Source of the DNA: Hydrolagus colliei
Taxonomy: Eukaryota
Assembly (NCBI GenBank): GCA_035084275.1
Contig: CM068755.1
Location: forward strand, 12,958,001 to 13,022,000
DNA length: 64,000 nt
Reading direction: 5' to 3'
The notes under the pieces are model-generated. The model had not been told where the DNA came from. It saw nothing but the letters and a program-made list of their open reading frames with translations, and did not search any database. The first letter of the stretch is position 1. The number at the start of each line of letters is the position of its first letter. Position numbers and translations under genes: made by a program. Below are positions 1 to 12,224 of this stretch, one piece after another.

Positions 1-10
1 TTTATATTAT

Positions 11-75
11 CCAACGCCTGGGATGTCCTTCTGATGTAAAAGGCACAATACAGATGTAATTTTGTATTGTATTAT
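11..75 (+). mobile_element. L2-type 3' tail fragment
   Basis: CGCCTGGGATGTCCTTCTGATGTAAAAGGCAC...TTGTATTGT matches the 3' end of the longer L2 copy ending near 60465. Confidence 0.7.
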
Positions 76-600
76 ATGCTAACAGTCAAACGCAATGTAA
101 TGCTAGGGGTATGTTGCATTGTTAGATGTGCGGAAGTCGTAGAGTAGTCAGGTAAAGACAAGGTAAGATCCAAATGGAACTGCAAGCTGAGGAAGGGAGA
201 AATTTGAATTGTGTGCACGGTATAAGTATACAGGGAAATTAAGTTATCCAGAAAAGTGGCTGGACTCGACAGGTGGAAGTCATCCAGCTGGTTGATTTCC
301 AGTAATATGGGAGTCAATGTGGTACAGAATGAAGATGAGCAGATAACCTATTCCTTAGAAAATGAAGTTTCCTGGAATAATGAAAGGAAAAGAAAATTAT
401 AAGGGAAACTATAATGAAGCCTTTAACATCCACCTTGAGTCTAATGGTACCACCAAATGAGCTGATGACGTCTTTGTGGTGAATAAAGAATCAACAATAT
501 CCTAACGTCCTGAGGCAAGAAATCAATTTTCTAGTCCTGTAACTGATCTGGACTGAATCGCTTTAGGTGGACAGATAAAAAACAATTTGAATTTGTCTGG

Positions 601-680
601 AATTCTGTGAAGCGCGTTGAGACGTCTAGAAGATGGGAAGCGCACTATATTAAAGGCAAGGATTATTATTAATATTATTA
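601..680 (+). mobile_element. tRNA-head SINE, 3' tail only
   Basis: TTCTGTGAAGCGCGTTGAGACGTCTAGAAG...GCAAGGATTATTATT is the same tail as the full copies at 25150, 39982 and 54387. Confidence 0.8.
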
Positions 681-1289
681 TAAACTTAAGTGCCACAGGT
701 TGGTGAGCAAAAGGATCTCTGGATATTGTCAGGCTACAGTTATGTTGACAGTTCACACTGGAAAATAGACATTTTTTGAAAGCTTTGATCAAACAGAGGC
801 AACCTCCATGTGGGAAAGCTGAGGTGAACAAAACAAGTTATTGTATACTTATAGGTTTTCCTCTTTTTTTTAGAATTTTTTTTTTTGTAAAGGGAATAAA
901 TAATTAATTCCAGTTGTGTTGAGGGCAATAGAGGTATAATTTTCCTCCAACAAATTCCCTCCTGTCCTGAAGGACTATTTTTCCTTCTATTGGGATACAT
1001 TTCTACGAGTGCCAGTTTCCTTTGGATCACCTTGGCCAATTGGACACTAGTCATGGATTAGACTTGATAGGTTATTCAAAGCCATGACTTTTCACCACCA
1101 GGCATTCACACATGTATACCTATAGAGGGGTGACCCATTGGGGATTAGTGTCCTGTTGGAGATTAGGAGCCACTGTATCTGAAATCAACTGATTTACATA
1201 GGCCAATGATTGCATCTAGGATCGTTCCAGTTTGGATGACTCAGCTACTCACTGGATAAACATATGGAGATATTGGTAAAGCTAAGTTT

Positions 1290-1640
1290 GAGATTTTTGA
1301 AATATCCGAATGCGTAAAGCGGACATGTGTTGAGCTTCACAGCTAAAATGAACAATTCAACTGCCAATGCCCTTGGTGCGATGGTCTTGTTGTAAGTGAG
1401 AAGTGGCCAAGAGAGGGAAGGTGTGATGGAGTCGGGAGGTGTGAGGGTGAGGGAACAGAAATTTAAAGGCAATGGGCCAATTATAAATATACGTCTTCTA
1501 CACATGAATCCACTCCACTGGCAGTAAATATTGTAAATCTTCAATGGCAATATGCCCCAATTTTAATGCAGGGTGCTTATTTTCATTGAAAACATCCAGC
1601 AAATTCTATCACATCAGAAATAACGGCATCATCAATTACT
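1290..1640 (-). pseudogene. decayed PIF/Harbinger transposase fragment
   Basis: Minus-strand translation: VIDDAVI, then NIYCQWSGFMCRRRIF (1532-1485; same spacing as the family motif NVVARWPGSxHDxRIF), YNKT..R...VE, AFGYFK. Motifs are colinear. Comparison is from memory. Confidence 0.4.
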
Positions 1641-2003
1641 TTGATTTATAGCCAAGATTTCTCGCACTTACTCATTCTTTGTATAACTAAGTTACTAATT
1701 TTGTGCAATACAGCGAGTCAATGTTTGAAATACATAATTACTGCATTTGTTTACGTAGTCATTACTTAATGGGTTGTTTGACTGCCTGCGATTTTTGTTT
1801 TGTTTCATTTTCTCCTGTGATGTTCTCCTCGCCTATTTTAAGATGTCAGTCAGGTCTTTTTTTCCCTTCTGTCCATGCTTTTGAGCAGAATTGTCCTGGT
1901 TTATCAGTTATTAATGCCGTAGAAATAGATGCATTGCCTACAGTTTACTCTCCCTCACTCCTTGCCTTCAATCCCTAAACGCAGACATTATTTTACGGAA
2001 ATT

Positions 2004-2293
2004 GAATGTTAAACCTAGGTCCCATCTGCCTGTCCAGATGGATGTTAAAGATCCCACAACACAATTTAAAAAGAGAAGGGAGTTTTACCGGATGTCCTGG
2101 CCAACAAACCCCACAAATGAAAATTGGTTGCTAACATTATGGCTGTGTGCATGACATTTCTGTGGGCAACTAGGTGTTGCGTTTTGCCAACAATTAACAC
2201 AGTCAAATACACTATACAGTATATCCTGTGATACATTTTAAAATGTTTCCACGGTGTGATAAAGCACTCCAGGAAATACAAGGATTATCATTG
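2004..2293 (+). mobile_element. Deu-domain SINE, 5'-truncated
   Basis: GTTAAACCTAGGTCC...GGATGTTAAAGATCCCAC...GTCCTGGCCAAC resembles the Deu core (AmnSINE1/SacSINE1 type) and is followed by an L2-like tail ending AAGGATTATC. Confidence 0.75.
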
Positions 2294-3719
2294 TTTATCT
2301 GGGAAAGAATTATACTCATGTATCACTTCCCAATCTCTGTTTCTGAACTCAACCTCGTACTCCTGGAAAGTTGCTGTTGAAATTTGAACACAAGATGTGT
2401 CTGGCAAGATGATTTGTGATGTTTCAGGGGGGTGAAATTGAATGTTATTGTGTTAAGCTGACTATTGTGCAGCAATTCAGACAATCCAGGAATAGTATCT
2501 GGATTGTCCACAAGAACCATGTCTGGGAGAGAACTACTCCTTGTTGGCTTCCTGATGTACTGAGTTAGGAAGCATCACATTGACAAGCTCAGAGTCCTTC
2601 CCACTGGTCCATTTGCAGGTTAGGTCAGGTGGTATTTCAAAAAAGGTTATCAAACCCTGTATAACTCATTCGAAAGGGTGTACTTCTATACCATGTTTCC
2701 TCTGGAAATTGAATAGATCAGTTAAGAGTCCACGATAGGAGCGATTGAATGTGTTCAGTGGAAGGAATGAGCCAAATAGCCATTTCCTGTGCCATGTTTT
2801 CTTATGTTATTTTGTCATCTTTAGCTGCAGGGTGAAAATTGTAATATTTCAGAATAGGTTTGGAAAAATCAAGCATGGGTTGTCATAAATATCCAGTCTG
2901 CTGGCGATGAATGTATGTGAACACCAGGACAGGTTTGGCTGCAATGTCCCCTTCTAGACCACAAAATTCACCGCAAAGACTGTGAAGTATATAAATAATG
3001 GTCACATGGCGGAGGGGAGGAAGTAGAATAGATCTTAGCACAAGTGGGACCTTATCTCATAAGAAGTGAAAAACAGTTAAATCATTCTGGAGGAATTGGT
3101 GGGAGAAAACGGTGAAGAAAATAATGTAAAAGTTACAGAAGTTTCAGCTATTGTGGATTTAATATAATCTAGTTATTGTTACCAGATTAGCACACCCCAA
3201 TGAAGTTATGTTTTTTAACCAAAAGGCAATTTAATATTGCTTCTTTTTTGCTGTTTCTATGTAAAACATCAACACGAAGAAACAGTACTCCCTCAGTTTC
3301 CTTTTCCTTAGCCAATGTATCTCATATTTCAAAGCTGTCAAAAAAAAAGACGATATTTCAAATACTTTATTCAGCATGTCCTTTCTTGGGGTTAAAGCCG
3401 GCTGGTTTCTAAAGGCTGTAAATGCATCCTCGAATATCAATTACCTGATCTGTGCTTTTTTTTCTCACCATTCAAGTAAATGTTTCTAGATTACTAAACA
3501 ATTGACTTTGTAAGAAAGGAAAAAATAGCTTTTGGAAATGATAACCTTGATGGGTCAAACCATCATGGAAGCGTTTGACCCTGCACTCTGTAATTACAAA
3601 GCTTAAGTTTAGTTGATGCAGCAGCACAAAGCAACAGTGGGAATTTGTGGAAAGGATATAGATGTTACTCTGACACTTGTTCCCAAGCTCATTGCTGGAT
3701 CGTAGTATTGCTGAAGTAA

Positions 3720-4050
3720 AATATTTATGACTTTACAGACATTTAAAAACAATGCTAATTGTGTTTCTCTGCAGCTTGATAAAATGTTTCAAAAGCAATA
3801 AAACATTCTAATCATATACTTTGCTGTCTGTCTTTTAGTTTCATAAATTCATTATTTTTACCATTACCCCGATTGTCAATAAGGAGCATTGTCATTTAAA
3901 TCATTGGGAAAGTAACAGTAAAGTTAAATTAATACTTTGAATGCTTTCTGCAGTGTAATTATCAGCTCAGCCATTATATAATACACTTTTGCACTAATAA
4001 ATCCTTGCATTTTGAGAGGAAAGGAGGAAATTTAATTTAGTCATGTGTTT
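3720..4050. promoter_or_regulatory. candidate conserved non-coding element
   Basis: Repeat-free block dense in TAAT/ATTA, CATTGT/ACAATG (SOX-like) and TGTCAA motifs; conservation not testable here. Confidence 0.35.
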
Positions 4051-4794
4051 TTTAGTTGTGGGTCAAGTCTAAACACTTAACCACTAATTGGATTGCTCAG
4101 CTCCTCTCACAATAACAACTTTTATCTTTCCAGCAAAATATATTCACTGGGCTGCAAAGTATGATTCAACTGTTTGGAGCAGGTTTTGTTGGAAAATTCA
4201 TAATCTATTTAAAGCATTCAGCCACAACTCTCTGCACATACTTCTCATTGATTTTGAGTAGCAATTGCCGGCTAGACATTGAAAGAGTTTAAAGCAGACT
4301 TCATTCGACAGCAAAACATTCAGTAGCACATGTTACTTATGCCAACACGAACCCACTTTTGCGGTGTCCCACATTAGGTTTCCTTTGGAGCACTAGCACT
4401 TCCAGGAATGTACATCTGAAGGACTTTGCTAATGCATTTTAACCAGCCTTCCCAAAGGGCCTGACCTTTTTTATGTTCACAGTGGAGCATGTCCTACTCC
4501 TTTGAACACTAGTGTTTATGTGAAAGTAACAGTTCCGTGCAATATTTGTAAAACATCATTGTTTTTTTGCTCTGGGTTTCATCACCATTTTCTTCACAGT
4601 GTTATTGTCTCTTCAGCAGGTCTATAATGATATAGGCTTTGCTTTTGTGTTAAGTAAAATCTTGTTTAGCTAAAATCAGAATTCTAATGTGTTTCTGTCA
4701 TATTTCCTGTATCAGAATGTGGTGTAAATGGAGAAATAAAATTTGGGATGAGACTACTGGCATAATTTACAAGCTTTATTGCCGATAACTAAAA

Positions 4795-4977
4795 TATTAT
4801 TAATCCTTGCCTTATTCTTGCATTTTGACATAGCACTTTTCACATCTTCTAGGTGTCAGCGCCTTGGGATGTCCTCCTGACGTGAAAGGCGCTCTATAAA
4901 TGTAAATTGTTGTTGTTGTTGTTGTGTCTCAAAGCGCTTCACAGAATATACTCTAAAGTGAATTGATTGTATATGTG
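4795..4977 (-). mobile_element. SINE 3' part interrupted by an L2-tail insertion
   Basis: Reverse-strand SINE tail (TCTTGCATTTTGACATAGCAC...TGTCTCAAAGCGCTTCACAGAATATAC) split at 4858-4923. Confidence 0.8.
4858..4923 (+). mobile_element. 66-bp L2 tail insertion with GTGTC target-site duplication
   Basis: AGCGCCTTGGGATGTCCTCCTGACGTGAAAGGCGC...(TTG)n, flanked by GTGTC at 4853-4857 and 4924-4928. Confidence 0.8.
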
Positions 4978-5246
4978 AGGGCAAATATTTTATTTTTCAT
5001 TCATTGATTTCTTTTACGTCAGTTCCTGACAGGAAGCTCAAGATTTGAGACACTTCCAACTAATCATCATATTTTATTGCATTTTAGCAACATGTAGTTT
5101 TCAGAACTAATACATGTGATACAGGACATGGACTTCAGAGAAAGTTTAGGAAATAGGATCATAACACATTAGGCTCAGGAAGACCTTTGACCAATTTGAT
5201 CTCATTTTCCAAAACACTCACCATACACTGCTTCCAATAAACTTTT

Positions 5247-5308
5247 GAGCTATTTATTAAATCAGTCTAGAGAGCTGGAGCTATTTATTAAATCAGTCTA
5301 GAGAGCTG
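5247..5308. repeat. perfect 31-bp tandem duplication
   Basis: GAGCTATTTATTAAATCAGTCTAGAGAGCTG x2 (5247-5277, 5278-5308). Confidence 0.95.
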
Positions 5309-7099
5309 GCCTCAACTGTCCTTGTCCAACTGTCCTCAATTCACCTGTTAAGTACCCTGAGATGATATCCTGCATGAAAGCCGCTTTGTAAATAAGTTAT
5401 TATTGTTGTTCCGGTCATTAATTACCCTTAGCAACGTTGAACTCCTGCCCTGTTACACGGCTGCCTTGGCATATCTGAAGGTAGCCTTGGTGTATCTGAA
5501 AGTTTTGAAACAACAAACAGAGCAGAATAAGCATTTACAAAATCCATACATGCAAAGATTCGTGGAGGCCTTATGATTTACAAGGTTTGTTCATTCAAAA
5601 TGAACAAAGGGTTGAACATAAAATCTGAGGCAAATCAAGCCCTAATACAAAACTAAATTAGAACTACAGCAATTAATATTCCATTCTTGAGGCCAATGGC
5701 AAAGACAAAATTTAGATAAGCCTTATGTTCCCCTTTTAACTGAAAGCAAAATCCAAACTTGTCCAACCCTGAACATAGCAACATTCAGTTTCCAGTGGAT
5801 GCAGCCTAAATTGCCCATATTTGGATAAATGTGGATTTCTGGATTGAAACCATTTCTTGATAGCTGCCTCCATAATTTGTTAATTTGATCAAGTTCAGCC
5901 AAACCTGTTGAACCATTCTAGACTATAGCTCTCATTAGTTCAGTTTTGCAAAGAAATACAATTCAAACTAAATAAAAGGAATATGGACTATGCAGTGTTG
6001 ACCTTATCTTCATTTCTAACTACAGCATTCATTTGATCTAGTGGTGCAATTAAAGTGGGAAGAAAGGATACTCATCTGACTCCTGCGTTTTGATATGCAG
6101 GACATTTTAAAAAAAAGTTTTAACCGTGAAACTACACTACCCTGTGGAGCTATAAACCCCAACAATTCTATTTTATGATCACAGCAGATTTGTAAATGAT
6201 GCATACTGTGAAATAAAAAGCCTATTGTGATTCTATTCTTCTTGAACAGCACATTTTAGCAAACCGACTGCTGTATTTTCATTGCTAGATGTTGACAGAC
6301 TGTTTTCCTACACAAGTATGCAGATTGCTTTTGTTCAAAAGTGCCATTCAAATAAAAATCTATATCTTTGCAGTTCTGTTTAAATGAATTCCTATATTTA
6401 TAAATCATATATTGTTCTTATTATTATTACACCTGACCAATTTTCAGAATATTTTCTGTGCCATTCTCTGAAATTGCTGTTAACATTATTATTCAATAAC
6501 ACCAAGTTCGGTATGCTGAGCCCCACTGGAACCTCTTTGATTTCTCTGCTTGATTATAATATTTCTTATAATTATAATCTTTGTATTGGGTATACAGGTA
6601 TAGCAACTTTCACACCAGGAGGATGACTCAAAGTGCTTCACCTCATATATTCTGGTGACTGCAATGACTGTGTATTTTGTATGCATTATTAGTAAATGTA
6701 ACCTTGGCAATTTGAATTTGATTAAGTTATTTTAACTATGTTTCAAGATTATTTTTCCTGAAACACAATGAATTAATATTTAATCTATTTAGCTCTCTGA
6801 GACACTACTTGTGTGAAGGACACTATATAAATGCAAGTTGTTGTTTTCAATATTTTTCTTTGATGCGTCTAGAGTAACCGTAGCATTTTATTTCACGGTA
6901 AATATAAGAGGCCATTAACTGTGTTTGAACGAGAAAGAGAAGAAAGAATTCATGTTAAAGTAAAGTAACGTTTACTGAAGTTGTTTTTATTAAATGCATT
7001 ATTTTAAGAAAAGCTATTTTGTTTTATTGGAATGATATCGCACAGATCCACATATTTCAAAATGACCAGTCCCCAAAGCTTTGCGAATGCTTTTAAGTG

Positions 7100-7154
7100 G
7101 TCTGAGATGCTATCCTATGTGCAAGGCGCTATACAAGTGTATGTTGTTGTTGTT
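7100..7154 (+). mobile_element. L2-type 3' tail fragment
   Basis: AAGGCGCTATACAAGTGTATGTTGTTGTTGTTG. Confidence 0.7.
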
Positions 7155-8979
7155 GGATCATTCTTTTGTGAAGTTTTACAGAGAGGTTCAGATATATATA
7201 CTGTGTATATATATATATATACACACACACATAGTTCAGTTGGGCTTGAGTTATTGTTTAAATTTTTCTCCTAATAAATGGTGTGGAAAGAAACACATAT
7301 TGAAAAATGATTGGGTACAAATTTTGTTCTTAGGATGTTGCGTTATGTTTTTCTTCCCAAGGCATCTGAAAAAAAGTGATTGTATCAAAGGTCACGAGTA
7401 TTGTAGATTCCCATTGCTTAGTGCAACAGTTAAGATTTGATTGACTGAACTAGCAATTTGAGTCAATATCACATGAATGCAGCACAATGGAAAGGTGAAA
7501 AATAAAAGCCAGCTGCAAAAAGCTTCTCCCTGTGCCTTTCCATATCACTGCAGGAGGTAGCAGCAGTCTCCTTTGGGTATTTACCGGCTTGGAGAATTGG
7601 CAGACAATGGCAGAAAGCGCAGGTCTGTCCACAATGACACAAGCAACTCGAAAGATTGTGTGGGTGGTGCCACTGACATGAAGTGTTAAAAAAAATTGCA
7701 CAAATTTCAAAGGTAGCCTCTGAAATATAGGCTACCAACTGGGACTTAGTACTGCTGCTGGGAAGTCTGTACGATTGCCTGCATAAGTAAAAAAAAAAAA
7801 TTGTCTAGTGCAAAGCAAGAGTTTTTTTTTGGAGGTGACTTTTAAATCCGGGTGATATTAAATCTTCAGCTTTTCGGGCTGAAAGTCTCCTCTCCAGATG
7901 AAACGGATGAGGTTTCTGCCTTGTCCGTGACACTATTCTTTATTCGTTAATAAGCGTTTGGCACAGCCAAAGTAGCTGTGATCCTACCACACCAAGATGC
8001 AGAGTACAGACCTGAGACGGAATCTTGGTCTCAGCTGATCTCCCTGCTTGGGCTTGTTCCAGTGGGTGAACTATATTTGTCCCTTCAAAGCTGTATGTCT
8101 GGAAAAGAGAGCGGCGGAAAGACTAAGCTCCCTCCAGGAAGCAATGTCCTTTGAGATCTGGGAGGGCTAATCTGTCCCATCCGCCGAACTCTGGATGCAG
8201 GAGTCTAACTTGATGGGAGGGAGAGGAATAATAGAGATGTGTGTGAAAATAAAGAGCAAAGAGAAATATTTAAAAATACTGGTTCTAATCTTGTGTTGAA
8301 GCATTCTTTTCTACATGATCAGATAAAGAAAAAAATAATCAGCGGGTGTCATTTGTTTTATTTTATTCTATTTGTGAGCACTTTTCTCCCAATCACTCAA
8401 GAGTATCTGAGGTGACAAACACGGTGAATGTGCGGTGAAAAAGAAATCTTACATTGTCAGTAAAAGAAGCTGAAACTGATGAAGAGTTCCAATGAGAAAC
8501 AGAATGCTTAAGTGTCATAAGAAAATAAAGGATGATTTCCTCTCCATTCCTTCAATCTGCCTTTAGAATATTAATGTTTTTCATCTCCTTGGCATCTGGG
8601 TAACAGCTGGGAAATTTACAGGTCGCGGGGTGGCTTTCAGGCAAAGAACCACAAATAAACTGTAAACTCCTTACTACGGTGGGGGTGGGGGGGGGGTGAG
8701 AGGTGGTGGGGTAGGGGGGTGGGGTGTGAGGCAGTATCCAAACACCAGCAATCAATTACTAGATCAAGGCTCCCAGGAACACATCTGCTACACTGATATT
8801 ATAACCAGCTGAATTCCAGGCCCTTTTTGAACTGCACAATTTCTACACTTCTGACTACAGAAATACGGTGCTAGCTGTTATTAATGCCATATTAGTGAGG
8901 TTATAAATCTTGCAAATAACGCTAGCTTTTTTTTTGGGGGGGGGGGGCAGGTGGGGGTGTTGGGGACTGCAGTTGGCGG

Positions 8980-9340
8980 GGGTAAATTCTGTAAAGCACA
9001 TGATTTGTGCTTAATTTATAACCTGCAGTGTTTGAGCGTTTGCAGACGGCCCGAGGCGCATTTCTATTGGCTTCGCTGCCATTGCAACACAGACACCCGA
9101 AAAGTTACGTTTTGTATGAAAACCGAACAAGATTCTTTCAAAAATAAATAAACATTTGAGTTTCCGTGGGGGCTTGCGCTGACTTCAAATTTAATGATTC
9201 ATCTATTAACGGTGGAGTAAAATGTGCTAGCAGCCTGTGATTGATTGTGGCCTGTCAAGTTAATTAAAACTCACGATGAAGTCCATTGCATAATTTAGAA
9301 GCCATCGTTTGAAATCAATAGCCTAATTGCCACACCTTAA
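8980..9340. promoter_or_regulatory. candidate conserved enhancer
   Basis: Repeat-free and CpG-retaining. TGATTGAT (PBX-HOX type) lies next to CTGTCAA (MEIS type) and TTAATTAA near 9238-9268. Confidence 0.5.
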
Positions 9341-12159
9341 GAGAAACTCTGTTTATCCATTTAACTCCAAGCATATGTGTGCTTATTTTTGTGCGTGTGT
9401 ATGTGCGTGTATCCAAGGTGATTTGTTGCAGCCTTCAATTACAGATCTGACTCCTAAAGTGATAATGAATTGATAATCAATTAAACTTTGTTCTTTAAAA
9501 ATTTAACAGGGCTACTCCTTCTGGAGAGTTACAAGCATTTCTGTTAAATTGACTGCACTGATCTTTAAAGTAGTAACTAATGGACAATCAATTCAACTTT
9601 TGTTCTATGGATCTGGACAAGGTACCAATTTCCGAAATACTCACCAAGACAGTTTTATCTTTCCTTTATATAATTACCCAGAATAGAACGAAAAGATTAA
9701 GTCATACACAATTATTCATGAATACAGTAATTGGCCGCACTGTACTCAGTTGAATATCAGTGTGTCAGGCTAATGTTTCAGTCACCAGTGCTGGGATCTG
9801 AGGCTGATTGCTTCCCGATCAGTCACAGCACACTGGAGCATTCAATTCAGACTGCAGTGCAATCATTGAGCTAATATTTGACAACTTTAATCACTGTGAG
9901 TTTACCCATCGAGATGAGGGGTTCAGTGAGGCAGAGAACTAAAACACTGTCAAAACAAGCCATAGTATCGCCAGCACTTAAATGGTTAATCGCTGCAAAA
10001 TATATTTTTTGAAGTAGTGTGGCACTCATATCCAAACCCTGTGTTGCAAAAGTTCACACTAGGCAGATAATGGTAATCCGCTATAACTCAAACCCTCCTG
10101 GTGGTCAAGAGGGTGCTTGAAATGAAATGGATTGTAAACATTTGCTAAGTCAGTGAAATTCCAGCTTCTCACAATGAGTTCAAAATTCTACCTGGTCTTA
10201 GCCTGTAAGATCATTTTGGCTTCAAGATTTATCGTTACTGGATCCCCGTGTATCCAGGAAAGATGCTCTCAAAGCTAATTTCAACCACACAACTATGTTT
10301 GATGCCGGTGTATGTTTTCAATTCACTAATATTATTTTTATAAATCAAAAAGTTGCTCAAATTTGTTGACCTTGTGCTTGATAAACTTTAATTTGGCATA
10401 CAGCTGTATTCTGAAATTTAGCTGCTTGATTACTTGAAGATGTCAACAAATTCATTTATTATCAGTAAGAGAAATTAAAAATAGTGTAACAAGCGCTGGC
10501 AATGATTAGGCTTTTAAACATAACAAACATACCCATATTTCATTTTGCAACTTGCATTAGACAGGGCAGGAATGGCAGAGCCACGGAATGGAAGCTTTCA
10601 TACTGTGAACTGATGACAGTGTTCGATGTGACATGGATCAGACGTAACGCAGAGCATCTCTTGTATTGACCAGACTTTGAAACGAACACAAGCTCCGAAG
10701 CAACGTTTTCATTTCGAAATCCTCTTCATCTCTGTCAGTTCTGTGGCTAACGTAACGAATCATTGTCAATGTGTGCTATCTGCAGGACACTTTAGTGGTG
10801 TGGACATGTGCTCTTAATGACAAAATAACGGGATGGAGAGATCTTAACCTCTGTTGCAACATGTTCCGAATTGGGGGTACCTAAGACCAAACATCCACCA
10901 TGTTTTGGTGCTAAATGTTACTTCAGAAATGTACTGTGCTGTACTGTACTGAACTCATCAATTCTCACTGGAATCACTTGGCTTTGTGATGGGCTAGTTT
11001 TGTGTTAGCTCCAGCCTATTAGCCACCTTTTCCTACCAATTCATGGAACAAAACTCTGGAAATTTGCTTTATTGCAACAAAGTAATGGACACTGACTACA
11101 AATAAGCTTGAATTAGTAAAATCCTCTCAATGTTAATATTATGTTCAATTATTCACCTACAAGTTCACAGTCCATACACTTCACAGTAACAATTCTGTGA
11201 TGCACTGGAGATTGGGTTCCAGTGTCATGATAAGGCATTGTATCAAATGCAATGCATTGCAAGGATTATCATTAAGAAAAACAATGTACCATATAATGCA
11301 GCAAGCGATATGATTTTTTACCAACTTTTTATTTATACCAAATACATCAAGATTGGGTTACTTATACGGTTCCTACTCTGTACTTCTCAGAGCAAAATCC
11401 AGCTCTTGCCTCTGAGCAGTACAAATAGGCCTTGTCTGGAAAAAATTAAGTCGGGTACCACCTTAAAGTGGTAACCTCACAATGCTATATGAATCTGGCA
11501 GCAACAGTGCTAACACTGAGGCAGCTTCTCAAAGCACAGTTCAAGTCCAAATAAATAGTTCCGCCAAAACCATTGGTAAATCCTTTGAAACTGTACCTAC
11601 CTTTTGCGTCCTTTGAAGTCCTGTGCAATATTCAATTGAAAAATGAAACTTATTCAAACAAAATGCTCAACATTCCAAGACAGTTACTTTTTCTTCTTAA
11701 GCAATTGCAAAGTAATTTGATGGGATAGGGGTTTGTGTTGGGAATTTTTTCGTGCATAGCTTTCCATCAGATGTCGAAATCCCACAGGGCTTTGCAATCC
11801 TTCAAAGGAGCAGTAACCTTAACTTGTTACACAGCTTTGTGAATGTGTTCTTGGTTTCAGATCTTATCGGTCAAAAGAAGTAGCATTCTGGCCAGAAACC
11901 TGTTTTCTAGCTGAGAAAAGTGGACTAAGGGAAACCAAAGGAGGACAAATATGTAAAAAGAGCTCAAAGAAATCAGCTACGACTGAAAAAGAGAAATTGA
12001 TTAATAGTAGTGATAATAATTTGTGCTTTTGATACAGAATCTACAATGCCGAATGTCTTGAAACAATTCATAAAGTTTCTGTAAAGTGTAGAGACTTTTT
12101 TTAGGTAAATATGACAGCCAGCTTTAGAATGGCTGTCACTTAGCTGCCACAATGTTCCA

Positions 12160-12224
12160 CAAACAACAACAATATTACATTTATAGAGTACCTTTCACGT
12201 CGGGAGGACGTCCCAAGGCGCTGA
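12160..12224 (-). mobile_element. L2-type 3' tail fragment
   Basis: (CAA)n...CCTTTCACGTCGGGAGGACGTCCCAAGGCGCT is the reverse complement of the L2 tail; Deu-SINE remnants flank it. Confidence 0.8.

Noticed and set aside
12112-12138. Perfect 9-bp inverted repeat TGACAGCCA/TGGCTGTCA
   Set aside because: The left arm belongs to a SINE remnant, and an isolated short palindrome is expected by chance or template switching
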